Below, piece by piece: positions 16,129-25,103 of a stretch of DNA of 53,737 nt (position 1 is its first letter; each line of letters opens with the position of its first letter). This DNA is from Candidatus Pacearchaeota archaeon. GTDB taxonomy: Archaea > Nanobdellota > Nanobdellia > Pacearchaeales > GW2011-AR1. The translations under genes and the position numbers were made by a program. The stretch spans positions 1 through 53,737 of the forward strand of contig JAFCDB010000006.1 in assembly GCA_017609885.1 (NCBI GenBank), read 5' to 3'. The notes beneath the pieces were generated by a model. That model was given only the letters and a program-made list of their open reading frames with translations, did no database searches and was not told where the DNA came from.

Positions 16129-17068
16129 ATGAAATGTCCAAAATGCAAAACTAAAAATCGCACTTCATGAACACGGCCCAATGGGTTTTGGCAGAGGATG
16201 GTTAGCTTTGCAAGGAATATTTAGCAGATACCAACTTGTTAAAAAGTTTGCAGATATTTGTTTTGAAAGAAAAATTGATGTTTGTGCAGTTACAAGCGAG
16301 TATTTTGAGATTCCTAAAAGATTACACGATGGACATGGTTGCTCAATTTCATGACAGGCATGGTTATTTAGCTTCTCAATTGCATTCACTTCCATCAAAG
16401 GAATATTTTTGCGGACAACTTGGAGAAAATTTGTAAATGCTACGAAAAAACTGCCTAAAGAATACACTATTGATAGAAAATATCAAGATTATTTTATTTC
16501 AATTTCTAAAAATAAGAAGAGGATTTATTTTGTGAAAACAGATGAGATTGAAACAAATAAAGGGCATATTTCGATTATTGGATTTAAAGGGAAAATTAAA
16601 AAAAGGAAATTAAGAGAGGTTTTGAAACAGGCGAAAAAACAAAGATGTGTAGTTATTGCAAATCATCCTCTTCATGAATATGGTTTGTCCTATTTTTTAT
16701 TTTGGGGGGAGAATATTAGTTTGAGTAAAAAAACAATAAGGAAAAACAAAAAGTTTTTCGACGCTGTTGAGCTTAATGCATATTTTCCTGAGAATTGGAA
16801 AAAAGTGAGGATTTTTTCAAAGAAAAATAAGATTCCAGTAGTTGCAGATTCTGACGCGCATTCCTTTAATGAATTTTTCAAATCTTATTTTGAACTTGAG
16901 AATATTAATTTTAATAATCCTAAGAAATTCAAAAAATCCTTGAAAAAAGCTTTGAAGAAAAAAATTAAAATTCATGCAAGAGAGCATGGATTTGAGGCAA
17001 AGTATAAACATATAGCAGGAGTTTTTCTTGAGGAGATTGGAGAGAAGTTAGGAGTGATTAAAGTTTAA
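16129..17068 (+). pseudogene. PHP-domain phosphoesterase with an N-terminal CxxC start, disrupted by one frameshift and one in-frame TGA
   Basis: A strong SD (AAGGAGGTGA) precedes ATG 16129 (MKCPKCKTKN). The frame must shift in the A5 run at 16153-16157 to read IALHEHGPMGFG. An in-frame TGA lies at 16352-16354. Downstream, the same frame gives ANHPLHEY and VVADSDAHSFNEF (PHP motifs). Confidence 0.55.
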
Positions 17069-17074
17069 CAAATT

Positions 17075-17094
17075 AAACAAACATTTTTAAAATC
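17075..17094 (+). promoter_or_regulatory. BRE/TATA-like promoter box
   Basis: AAACAAACATTTTTAAAATC ends 19 nt before the ATG at 17113. Confidence 0.4.
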
Positions 17095-17112
17095 CTATTC
17101 CTATAAACTAAC

Positions 17113-17625
17113 ATGAAAAAATTAGGTGTTGGATTAATTTTAATTGTATTCGTAGCATTTTTAGTTGTAACTTATTTCGTATTCTTTCACGCTTCGAAAT
17201 GTAGCGAGATAAATTGCTGGGAATATAAACTTAAGGAATGTAAAAAAGCAAAATATGTGAATCATGATATTGATGTTAGCTGGGAGTATGAGATTAAGGG
17301 AAAAGAGAGAGATTCCTGCGAAGTTGAAGTTGAGGCATTGCAGGTTGTGACTGGCTTGGCGAGATCGAGGATTATTGAAGGCAAGTCGATGAATTGTTTT
17401 ATTCCTTTGGACAATGAGGGCAAGACAATTGTTGTTGCTCCTGAAGCAGATATTAATTTGTGCCATGGAAGGTTGAAGGAAGAGTTGCAAACATTGATGA
17501 TTGAGAAATTGCATCAATATGTTCTTGAAAATGTTGGAGAGATTGCTGAGGGGTTGACAGGTGTTGAGGGAGTTGTTGGTGGAGATGAAGGGAATTCCAG
17601 CGGTAATGAAACAGATAATGTTTAG
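17113..17625 (+). CDS. Hypothetical membrane-anchored, Cys-containing protein
   Basis: 170-aa ORF with the N-terminal anchor LGVGLILIVFVAFLVVTYFVFF. Confidence 0.55.
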   Translation: MKKLGVGLILIVFVAFLVVTYFVFFHASKCSEINCWEYKLKECKKAKYVNHDIDVSWEYEIKGKERDSCEVEVEALQVVTGLARSRIIEGKSMNCFIPLDNEGKTIVVAPEADINLCHGRLKEELQTLMIEKLHQYVLENVGEIAEGLTGVEGVVGGDEGNSSGNETDNV

Positions 17626-17972
17626 GGGAAATGCTCTCCCAAAGGAGAAATAGGAAATTGCTCGCTCCGCTCGATATATTAATTTTCGGATAAGGGAATT
17701 GCAGTTCGCTTTTCCGCTCCAAAGTCGCGGAGCTCATAGGAATCCTGTTAATGTTTAGGACAATATTTATTAGATAAACAACTCTATCTACCCATCTTTA
17801 GAAAACCAAATCTGCAAATCTTAGTAAGAATTTTCATCATTAACTTATTTCATAGAATTTTTGCCGAGCGCCGAGGGAAAAATTCAAAATCCGAGCGAAG
17901 CGAGCAATTTTCCTCTTCTTTTCTTAAAAATTCTTCCCCTTCATTATTTCCCCTTCCCCTTAATCTCCCCAA
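17625..17972 (-). repeat. Family-B intergenic repeat, copy B2 (most complete; core 17653-17912 has terminal inverted repeats)
   Basis: Inverted termini are GGAAATTGCTCGCTCCGCTCGA (17653-17674) and CCGAGCGAAGCGAGCAATTTTCC (17890-17912). The interior matches B1 and B3 in reverse orientation (CATTAACTTATTTC, GGAATTGCAGTTCGCTTTTCCGCTCCA). Confidence 0.6.
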
Positions 17973-17983
17973 CATTTAAATTA
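17969..17983 (+). promoter_or_regulatory. BRE/TATA-like promoter box
   Basis: CCAACATTTAAATTA ends 21 nt before the ATG at 18004. Confidence 0.35.
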
Positions 17984-18003
17984 CTTGATTTCTTAGATTT
18001 TTT

Positions 18004-18948
18004 ATGAAATTAAAACCAGAGTTTATTGAAAGGATGAGAATTCTTTTAGGCGAGGATTATAAAAATTTCGAGCAAACACTTGAAAAGCGATATTTGAATT
18101 CTGTTAGGTGCAATACTTTGAAGATTTCTCCTTTGGATTTGAAGAATAGATTAGAGAGGAAATGGAAGATGAAATTGCTTTCTAAGAAATTTTCTGAGAT
18201 ATTAATTGTCAATCAAAAAATACAACCAGGAGAAATTGGAAATTCACTTGAATATTCTTTAGGATATTATTATGTTCAGGAAGTATCGAGTATGATGCCT
18301 GCACTTGTTTTAAATCCGAAGGAAGATGAAAATGTTTTGGATTTAGCTGCAAGTCCTGGAAGCAAGACAACGCAGATTGCAGCCATAATGAAAAACAAAG
18401 GAAATTTAATTGCGAATGATGTTAGTTTGGGAAGAATTAGAATTTTATCGACGAATTTGCAAAGATGTGGTGTGACAAATACAATTGTGACGCAGCACGA
18501 AGGTTCGAATCTTTGCAATAAATTAAATAAATTAAATTTTAAATTTGACAAGATTCTACTTGATGCGCCGTGTTCTGGAGAAGGAACTTTGCGGACAAAT
18601 CCGAAAACTTGTTTGATGTTTAATAAAAATTTAATTAAAAAAATGTCAAATATTCAAAAGAGTCTGGCTCAGAGTGCTTTAAAAGTTTTGAAAGTTGGAG
18701 GGGAAATGGTTTATTCAACATGCACTTATGGGCCTGAAGAAAATGAGGCGGTGGTTTCATATTTGCTTGAAAATTTTCCTGTTGAGGTTTTGGATGTGAA
18801 GATTCCTTTAAACATTCGTGGGGGAATTATGGAATGGCAAGGGAAGAAATTTACTAAAGGAATTGAGAAATGCGCGAGAATTTATCCACAGGACAATAAT
18901 ACCGAGGGGTTTTTTATTGCGAGATTGAAGAAGATTGGAGAGTTTTAG
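18004..18948 (+). CDS. RNA cytosine-C5 methyltransferase, NOL1/NOP2/Sun family
   Basis: Contains the SAM motif DLAASPGSKTTQIA and the catalytic Cys motifs DAPCSGEGT and YSTCT. Confidence 0.9.
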   Translation: MKLKPEFIERMRILLGEDYKNFEQTLEKRYLNSVRCNTLKISPLDLKNRLERKWKMKLLSKKFSEILIVNQKIQPGEIGNSLEYSLGYYYVQEVSSMMPALVLNPKEDENVLDLAASPGSKTTQIAAIMKNKGNLIANDVSLGRIRILSTNLQRCGVTNTIVTQHEGSNLCNKLNKLNFKFDKILLDAPCSGEGTLRTNPKTCLMFNKNLIKKMSNIQKSLAQSALKVLKVGGEMVYSTCTYGPEENEAVVSYLLENFPVEVLDVKIPLNIRGGIMEWQGKKFTKGIEKCARIYPQDNNTEGFFIARLKKIGEF

Positions 18949-19231
18949 CATTTCTCAAGTCCTTTACCATACCATTAACCAAATTAAATGACCTCTCATA
19001 ATAATCTAAAAGAACATACGAATTTTCAATTTCCAAATCTTTTTTATGTGATGTCATCTTTTTATCACACATCTTTACCGCACCCTCAATTCCAGCAATT
19101 TTATAATAAGCCCGAGCCATAAAAAGAGAAGATCTTGCTTCTTTATATTTATTTTTCTCTAACTGACTAAGTGCATCAGTAAAATGTCTATCTCCTATTC
19201 TTATTATCTGGTCAATTAACATCATAGCCAA
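18914..19231 (-). CDS. Hypothetical small helical protein
   Basis: 105-aa ORF whose 3' end overlaps the convergent methyltransferase gene by 35 nt. Confidence 0.4.
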   Translation of the reverse strand: MAMMLIDQIIRIGDRHFTDALSQLEKNKYKEARSSLFMARAYYKIAGIEGAVKMCDKKMTSHKKDLEIENSYVLLDYYERSFNLVNGMVKDLRNAKTLQSSSISQ

Positions 19232-19275
19232 ATTAAAATCATAGTCTCTTATTTAAACTTTTATATAATCTAATT

Positions 19276-22212
19276 TTAATTTCCATAAACCCATTCATCA
19301 CAAAATTTACAGTTTTTATCAGGCGGACAGGGTTTAAATCCATTTTCATACGCCTTTTTAATTTGTTTTGCAGTTTCAGTTAGTTCTTGTTCTATTTGAT
19401 TTAAATCAAACCAGATTTTATCTGAGGAAATGCATCTTGCTATTTTGTCGTCTCCTAATTCAAACTCCAAAGGTTTATCTAAACGAAGCATCTCTAAAGT
19501 TATTTTATTAACTTTGCCCATCTTCGACGCTGCCAATGCATAATATCCTAATTGCCAGTTTCGATTTAGAGGCGGAATTTTTGATTTTCCTGTTTTGTAA
19601 TCAATGATTTCCAATCCTTTTGAGGTGAAGTCAATTCGGTCTGCGAAACCCACAAAATTTATCCCCTCAATTTTCATTTTTAGTATTTTTTCTGTTTGCG
19701 AATCTATATCAAATTTGTTTTTGTTTCTTTGATAGAATATTTGTAATAAGAAAATTGCTTCATCAAGATTGACTTCTCTCCAGTCTTCCTGCCTGTGAAT
19801 TTCTTTAGCAAGATTGATGAATTCTTTTTCACTTCCGAAATTTCTTTTTACGCCTTTTTCTAAAATGAGGTGGACAAATGAGCCGAGGCGGATTTCTTCC
19901 CATGCAACTGGTTTTGGTTCTGGCATGTTATAGAGATATTTGTATTCAAATTTTTTTTGACATTTTTTGAAAAGAAGGAGAGCTGAAGGAGAGAGGGTTC
20001 TTATTTTTTTATTTAACTCTAAATTGAATTTTTCATCTTCGAAATTTATGCCAGAAAATCTCTGAGATGATTTTGTTTTTTCCTGTTCTTTGTATTTTTC
20101 ATTGTTATCGACAAAAAAATCGATGTTTTTGTTGCTCTGAAAATTTATTTCTGTTAAAAATTGTGAGGGGGGGGATTTTTTCCCGCCGTATTCTTTTGCG
20201 TAAGTTAAAATTAATTTTTCTTTTGCTCTTGTAAATGAGACATAGCATAGTCTTCTTTCTTCGAGAATTTGATGGAATTTTTTGTAATTTTTTACTTCTT
20301 GTTCTAAATTTTCTTCAGGAAGATTTTCTATTCCTTTTAATTCAGGATGTATCTCCGAAGGCAAAAGATTATTTTTTGAAATTCTTTCAATTGGAAATCT
20401 TCCTTGTGATAAATTTGTTATTATTACTGTGTCAAATTCCAGCCCTTTTGTTGAGTGGCTTGTCATGAGTTTAACGCCGTGGTTTTCAATTTCAGGTGCT
20501 CCAATATTTATGTTTAAACTTTCTAATATTTCAAGATAATGAACAAAACTTGCAAGTTCGCCATAATGCATAGAAGTTTGATTTAAAGCAAGGTCACATA
20601 ATTTGTTGAAGTCAAGTATTTTTTGTTTTTCATTAACCTCTTCTTCATTTACCGAATATATTTTTTGTAGAAGTTCATAAACACTTTTATCAACATGGGA
20701 AAGAAGGAATTTGATTTTTCCAACTAATGATTTTACTAAAATTTTTCCTTGAACACTTAGATTTATTTTTTCTATATTGTTTAATAACTCGTTGCTTAAA
20801 CAGTGATTTTTTTGATTTTGTCTTATAAATTTTCCAATTAATATTAAATCGTTTTTGTTTAAATTGCTTTGGTAGATTAAATCCCACCAGAATTGCTCGC
20901 CTCCTTTTTTGTTTTCTCTTAAATAAAAAAGAATTTTTAAAAAATCAACTGCTATTTTTACATCTTTTTGTTTTAGGAGGGGTTTTTTTGTAACAGAAGA
21001 AAAAGGGATTTTGTTTTGCTCGAAATAGTTTTTTATAATTCTGCCTTGCTGGTGTGTTCTGAACATTACGCAAATTTCTTCGTATTTTTTTCCCTGCTCA
21101 ATTTCTTTTTCAATTAGTTCTACCACTTTTCTCGCTTCTTCTTTTCTGTTTTTTAATTCATAAATCTCCACTTTTTCTCCGTCTTTGTTTTCAATATTGT
21201 AAATTTTGAAACAGTCGTTTTTATCTTCGTAGTTATTTAAGATTAGTTTGTGTGCTACAGAAAGAATTTTGTTTGAAGAACGATATGATTTGTCGAGGTT
21301 AAAAATTTCACTCGGCTGAACGTTGAAATATTTTTTGAATGCGTTGAAGTTTTCTTTGTATGCCCCGCGAAATCTGTAAATTGACTGGTTTAAATCTCCC
21401 ACGATTGTTATGTTTTTATTTTTTGCAAATTCAAATAAAAAATCCAGCTGTAATTTGTTCGTGTCCTGAAATTCATCAACAATTATGTAGCTAAATTCAT
21501 CTGAGATTTCTGGATGCTTTTTTAGAAGTTTTAGGGAGTTTTTGTTGAGATCAGAATAATCTTGGTAATTGTTTCTTATTTTTATTTTTTCATATGCTTT
21601 CCATGAAAAGATAAATTTTTTTAGCTCTTTTAGATTTGTGAATTCTTTTAATAGTTCTATGAATTGCTTTCTTTTATCTTTTTCAGATTCTGAATTTAAT
21701 TTTTGCAGTTCGAGATGTATTTTGTGGAGTTCGTTTTCTATTTCATCCTGCGTGATTCCTTTTGAGTTTAGTTTTTTTTCAATAAATTTTTCAATTTCTT
21801 CTATGGAGATTCCCAAATCTTTTGCTGTTCCAATTGTTTCAATGTATTTGTGGCAATTGCTTGGCAATGTGCTGAAATATTTGTGAAGAGTTATTTTCGC
21901 GTCGTCAGGAGTTATAATTGTAAAATTTTTTTTGACATTTATTTTGTCTCCGAATTGTCTTAGGAGATCTGCTGAAAATGAATGAAATGTCCTGATAATT
22001 GGCTCTTGTGTATCTGGAAGGAGTTTTTTGATTCTTGAAAATAAACTATTGGTTGCTTCGTTTGAAAAAGTTATGCAGACGATTTTTTCTGGAGGGTAAA
22101 TTTTTTTTTCTATTAAATATTTTATTTTCTCTACAATCGTATGTGTTTTTCCTGTGCCTGCCCCTGCAAGGACAATGCAGGGGCCTTGTGTTTTTTTAAT
22201 TGCTTTTATCAT
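19276..22212 (-). CDS. UvrD/PcrA-type superfamily-1 helicase fused to a C-terminal Cas4/RecB-like PD-(D/E)xK nuclease with a Cys cluster
   Basis: Walker A is LAGAGTGKTHT. Motif II is IIVDEFQDTN. The nuclease part shows ADRIDF...IIDYKTGK, QLGYYALA (QxxxY) and CPPDKNCKFCDEW (Cx5Cx2C), plus an upstream Cys in FKKCQKKF. Confidence 0.9.
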   Translation of the reverse strand: MIKAIKKTQGPCIVLAGAGTGKTHTIVEKIKYLIEKKIYPPEKIVCITFSNEATNSLFSRIKKLLPDTQEPIIRTFHSFSADLLRQFGDKINVKKNFTIITPDDAKITLHKYFSTLPSNCHKYIETIGTAKDLGISIEEIEKFIEKKLNSKGITQDEIENELHKIHLELQKLNSESEKDKRKQFIELLKEFTNLKELKKFIFSWKAYEKIKIRNNYQDYSDLNKNSLKLLKKHPEISDEFSYIIVDEFQDTNKLQLDFLFEFAKNKNITIVGDLNQSIYRFRGAYKENFNAFKKYFNVQPSEIFNLDKSYRSSNKILSVAHKLILNNYEDKNDCFKIYNIENKDGEKVEIYELKNRKEEARKVVELIEKEIEQGKKYEEICVMFRTHQQGRIIKNYFEQNKIPFSSVTKKPLLKQKDVKIAVDFLKILFYLRENKKGGEQFWWDLIYQSNLNKNDLILIGKFIRQNQKNHCLSNELLNNIEKINLSVQGKILVKSLVGKIKFLLSHVDKSVYELLQKIYSVNEEEVNEKQKILDFNKLCDLALNQTSMHYGELASFVHYLEILESLNINIGAPEIENHGVKLMTSHSTKGLEFDTVIITNLSQGRFPIERISKNNLLPSEIHPELKGIENLPEENLEQEVKNYKKFHQILEERRLCYVSFTRAKEKLILTYAKEYGGKKSPPSQFLTEINFQSNKNIDFFVDNNEKYKEQEKTKSSQRFSGINFEDEKFNLELNKKIRTLSPSALLLFKKCQKKFEYKYLYNMPEPKPVAWEEIRLGSFVHLILEKGVKRNFGSEKEFINLAKEIHRQEDWREVNLDEAIFLLQIFYQRNKNKFDIDSQTEKILKMKIEGINFVGFADRIDFTSKGLEIIDYKTGKSKIPPLNRNWQLGYYALAASKMGKVNKITLEMLRLDKPLEFELGDDKIARCISSDKIWFDLNQIEQELTETAKQIKKAYENGFKPCPPDKNCKFCDEWVYGN

Positions 22213-22378
22213 ATTCTGAATTGGAAAATCTGTGTTAAAAAGATTGCGGAGTTTTTATTTCTTTATTGTTTCAATCATTCCCACTCAACCACTGCCACAA
22301 AAAAATTGTAAAAATAGATTTATATTTGTTTTGGAAGTTAAATTTTAGTATAATAATCTTTATTAAGAATAGTTCTCT

Positions 22379-22735
22379 TTGGAAAACATGAAAGTTTCAA
22401 GAACACTTAAAGGAATTGGAGCATTTGTAGTTATGATATTGGCCTGCGATTTGGTATATTGTCGTCTGATGGATTATGCTGATAAAACAAGACTAAGACA
22501 TGAACAAGAAATGATTGATGTTATTGAGGAAAGTGTTAGATATGGTTTTGAACAAGGCGAGATAAATAGAGATATAAGAAAACCGCAACAGACAGACCCT
22601 CTTGATGAATTATTTTATTACATCCAATTAGAGAAGAGTAAACTCAAGATGGAAGTTGAACCTGAGGAAAAAGAAAAGAGATATAGGATTCATCGTGTTC
22701 CGACAGTTGTTGACCCTGTTTGGGAAGTTGGTTAA
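22379..22735 (+). CDS. Hypothetical membrane-anchored protein
   Basis: 118-aa ORF (non-ATG first codon in the track; ATG at 22388) with the hydrophobic segment GIGAFVVMILACDLVY. Confidence 0.45.
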   Translation: MENMKVSRTLKGIGAFVVMILACDLVYCRLMDYADKTRLRHEQEMIDVIEESVRYGFEQGEINRDIRKPQQTDPLDELFYYIQLEKSKLKMEVEPEEKEKRYRIHRVPTVVDPVWEVG

Positions 22736-22842
22736 TCCCCACAAACAACCTTCGCCTTTCCAATAAACTCATACGCACTATACATTGCTGCAGCTAATCC
22801 AACTCCACCTGCACCAATAATTAAAAAATCGTATTTTTCCAT
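22732..22842 (-). pseudogene. 36-codon N-terminal stub of an FAD-dependent (thioredoxin-reductase-like) oxidoreductase
   Basis: Translation is MEKYDFLIIGAGGVGLAAAMYSAYEFIGKAKVVCGD*. This is the GxGxxG dinucleotide-binding start only; the rest of the gene is absent. Confidence 0.35.
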
Positions 22843-22876
22843 TAAATAAGTAGGTAAAGAAGTTTTTAAATTCTTC

Positions 22877-23296
22877 TTAACATCTCTCAACATCCCTTGT
22901 CTCAATCAAACACCCATTTATAACAATCGCAACCTCTTTTGCATTTGGAGAAAAATAATAAGTTTTGGTTTTTCCTTTTGATAAAATTTCGCAATTTTCG
23001 CAATTAGAATTACAATTCCATGAATTTCCATCTAATATGAATTTCAATTCATTGACAGAAATTTCTGATCTTTTCCTTTCTAAAGTAATTTCTAAATTTC
23101 CTGTTCCCTGATTATAACACGCTCTCTCGATTTTCACTATTTTGTCAAGTTGAATTTGAATACATGAATTTTCAGGAGAAAGAGCAGGCATCTTAATTAT
23201 CTCAAAAATATTTGCTGCTAAAATTCCCATAGCCACAACTATCAAAATTATCATCAAAACATTCGCCACAATATTTGACAATGCTTTTTTATTCAT
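22877..23296 (-). CDS. Archaeal type IV pilin-like protein (class III signal peptide)
   Basis: MNKKALSNIVANVLMIILIVVAMGILAA resembles the K-K-(A/G)-x-S plus hydrophobic-helix pilin/archaellin N-terminus. MNKK is preferred over the longer ORF-track start. Confidence 0.5.
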   Translation of the reverse strand: MNKKALSNIVANVLMIILIVVAMGILAANIFEIIKMPALSPENSCIQIQLDKIVKIERACYNQGTGNLEITLERKRSEISVNELKFILDGNSWNCNSNCENCEILSKGKTKTYYFSPNAKEVAIVINGCLIETRDVERC

Positions 23297-24383
23297 TTTT
23301 ACATGGCCTCCCTCTAATATCATATAAATCAATTTTTTCTAAAATTTGCCCCTGCAAATTTACTTGTAGTTCATGTCCGTTTGAAACTTCTGGAATTTTT
23401 AGATAAAAATTTTCCTGATTCTCAAAAGTTTCTCCGTCAATCTCCTCTTCTCCCGGAGCGTCTGTAAAAATTAATTCAGGATTAAAGTCCTCCCAGTAAA
23501 TAAACGCTCCATTTTCATCAAGTATTGAAAAACTGAAATCTCCTGCTCCTGAATCTCCGACACATCCCCGCTCTAAAGATTTATCTAAGATTTTCATTTT
23601 ATTGTTTGAATAGGTTCCTTCAATGAGATAATATTGTTGATTTTCACAATCGGTGATTTCTTGAATAACATTTCCTGAAAACAATCCTCTTTCATTTCCA
23701 ATTTTTTTGATAATTAAATTTTTATTAAATGCTCCATAATTTGTTGAAGACAAAGTTTTCATTACCCCATTGTTAATTGAGCGGAAATAGCTGCTTTTTG
23801 AGCATCCTTCAAAACACCCGTCGCTCACATCAAACTTTTCGCAATTAGAAACGCAGTTTTTTGAACCGAACGGGATTTTCGCAGGGACATATTCTTCAGC
23901 AAGATTTGCAAATGCGTGCCCGAATTCATGTATTAAAACACTTTTTGGATGATTTAAATTTAAACTCATAACATTCATGTAAGCAGAACTTCGGATGTCT
24001 GAATTTTCCTGTTCAAGAACAACAATATAGTCGTTTGGGCAAGCGCCAGCTACTTTTACTAATTCCTTAGAATAACATAAAATTGCAATTCCTTGATACA
24101 ATTCGCATTTTGGTTTGTAGTTTTCAATAAAATAAAAATTAAATTTATCTTTGTATTCATTAAATGGACTTGTTTGCAGGAAAAAGTCCGCATATTCTTT
24201 TGCATCATCTTTTGAAGAAAAGAAAACAATATTATGTTCTCCCTGCGAATCTTTCAAGACATGGCAGGTTTCAAGTCCAACTCGTGGAGATGTTGCTATG
24301 TCGCTTTTTAGGAAGATTAATAAGATTCCGCCTATTAAAATTACTGCAACTAAAAAAACAATAAAAAATGTTTTTCCTTCCAT
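23289..24383 (-). CDS. Membrane-anchored or secreted zinc metallopeptidase, M64 (IgA-peptidase)-like
   Basis: HEFGHAFANLAEEY matches the HExxH...L(A)(D/E)EY signature. The N-terminal anchor is FFIVFLVAVILIGGILLIFL. Confidence 0.65.
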   Translation of the reverse strand: MEGKTFFIVFLVAVILIGGILLIFLKSDIATSPRVGLETCHVLKDSQGEHNIVFFSSKDDAKEYADFFLQTSPFNEYKDKFNFYFIENYKPKCELYQGIAILCYSKELVKVAGACPNDYIVVLEQENSDIRSSAYMNVMSLNLNHPKSVLIHEFGHAFANLAEEYVPAKIPFGSKNCVSNCEKFDVSDGCFEGCSKSSYFRSINNGVMKTLSSTNYGAFNKNLIIKKIGNERGLFSGNVIQEITDCENQQYYLIEGTYSNNKMKILDKSLERGCVGDSGAGDFSFSILDENGAFIYWEDFNPELIFTDAPGEEEIDGETFENQENFYLKIPEVSNGHELQVNLQGQILEKIDLYDIRGRPCKNE

Positions 24384-24413
24384 TGAAATTAAAGGAGATT
24401 GTGGTTTAAATAA

Positions 24414-25073
24414 CTAATCCTCTTTTATAAAAAAACAATTCCCTTCCCCCTCAATCTTAAAACCCTCCAATTTCAACCGCCCATTAAACATAGGACAATT
24501 CAAAACTAAAGTTTCAAACTCTCCGCCTTCTCCAGCAGGATTTATCCCATACTTCTTCTCCAATATCCTAATTTCCTCAATAAATTTCCTATCAATTTTC
24601 CTCCCAATCCATGATTTGTCAAAGGGGTAGGCGGCAACTGCGGTGATTATAATTTCAAATTTATTTTTTACAAGTTCTTCTAAAAGTTCAATCTGATCTT
24701 TTTGCCAAAGCGGGTTTATGCATTTTATTCCTAACTCATCGCAAATCTTCAAAATCCTTGAAGCCTGGTAATCTGATTTTAAAGCGCCGGTTACAACACC
24801 CTTGATTTTGAATTTTTCTTTTGCCTTGACAATTGCTTCTTTCAAATCTATGAGCTCCATTTCTTTTTCCCCTTTTGTCCGATGACGAATCAAAGGCATA
24901 TCCATTAAACTTGCCTGTTCCTGAGTTTTTTCAATTAATGAGGTGTGAAACATGTAACTTGCAGAATTTTCTGAAAACAAAGTAACTAAACAAACAAGTT
25001 TATATTTTTTCGAAGCTAAAAATCCTGCATATGTTGAATCTTTTCCCCCTGAAAATAATAGTGCAACTTTCAT
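24414..25073 (-). CDS. dph6: Diphthine-ammonia ligase (Dph6, MJ0570-type N-type ATP pyrophosphatase)
   Basis: Contains the PP-loop ALLFSGGKDST and the motif GEGGEFETLVLNCPMF. Confidence 0.85.
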   Translation of the reverse strand: MKVALLFSGGKDSTYAGFLASKKYKLVCLVTLFSENSASYMFHTSLIEKTQEQASLMDMPLIRHRTKGEKEMELIDLKEAIVKAKEKFKIKGVVTGALKSDYQASRILKICDELGIKCINPLWQKDQIELLEELVKNKFEIIITAVAAYPFDKSWIGRKIDRKFIEEIRILEKKYGINPAGEGGEFETLVLNCPMFNGRLKLEGFKIEGEGNCFFIKED

Positions 25074-25103
25074 AAGTAAACAGGAAAAAAGAAGTTTATA
25101 ATT

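Noticed and set aside
16352-16354. In-frame TGA as evidence for an alternative genetic code or selenocysteine
   Set aside because: TGA terminates several well-conserved genes here at the expected positions (rps12, rpoB, the 64-codon ORF). The same gene also carries a frameshift. Pseudogenisation or sequencing error is more parsimonious.
16236-16436. 66-aa ORF in the track
   Set aside because: It is out of frame with, and embedded in, the disrupted PHP gene. The flanking PHP segments share one frame that differs from this ORF.
18502-18511. GGTTCGAATC, a T-loop-like string suggesting a tRNA
   Set aside because: It lies inside the well-supported Sun-family methyltransferase CDS. No acceptor, D or anticodon arms can be drawn around it.
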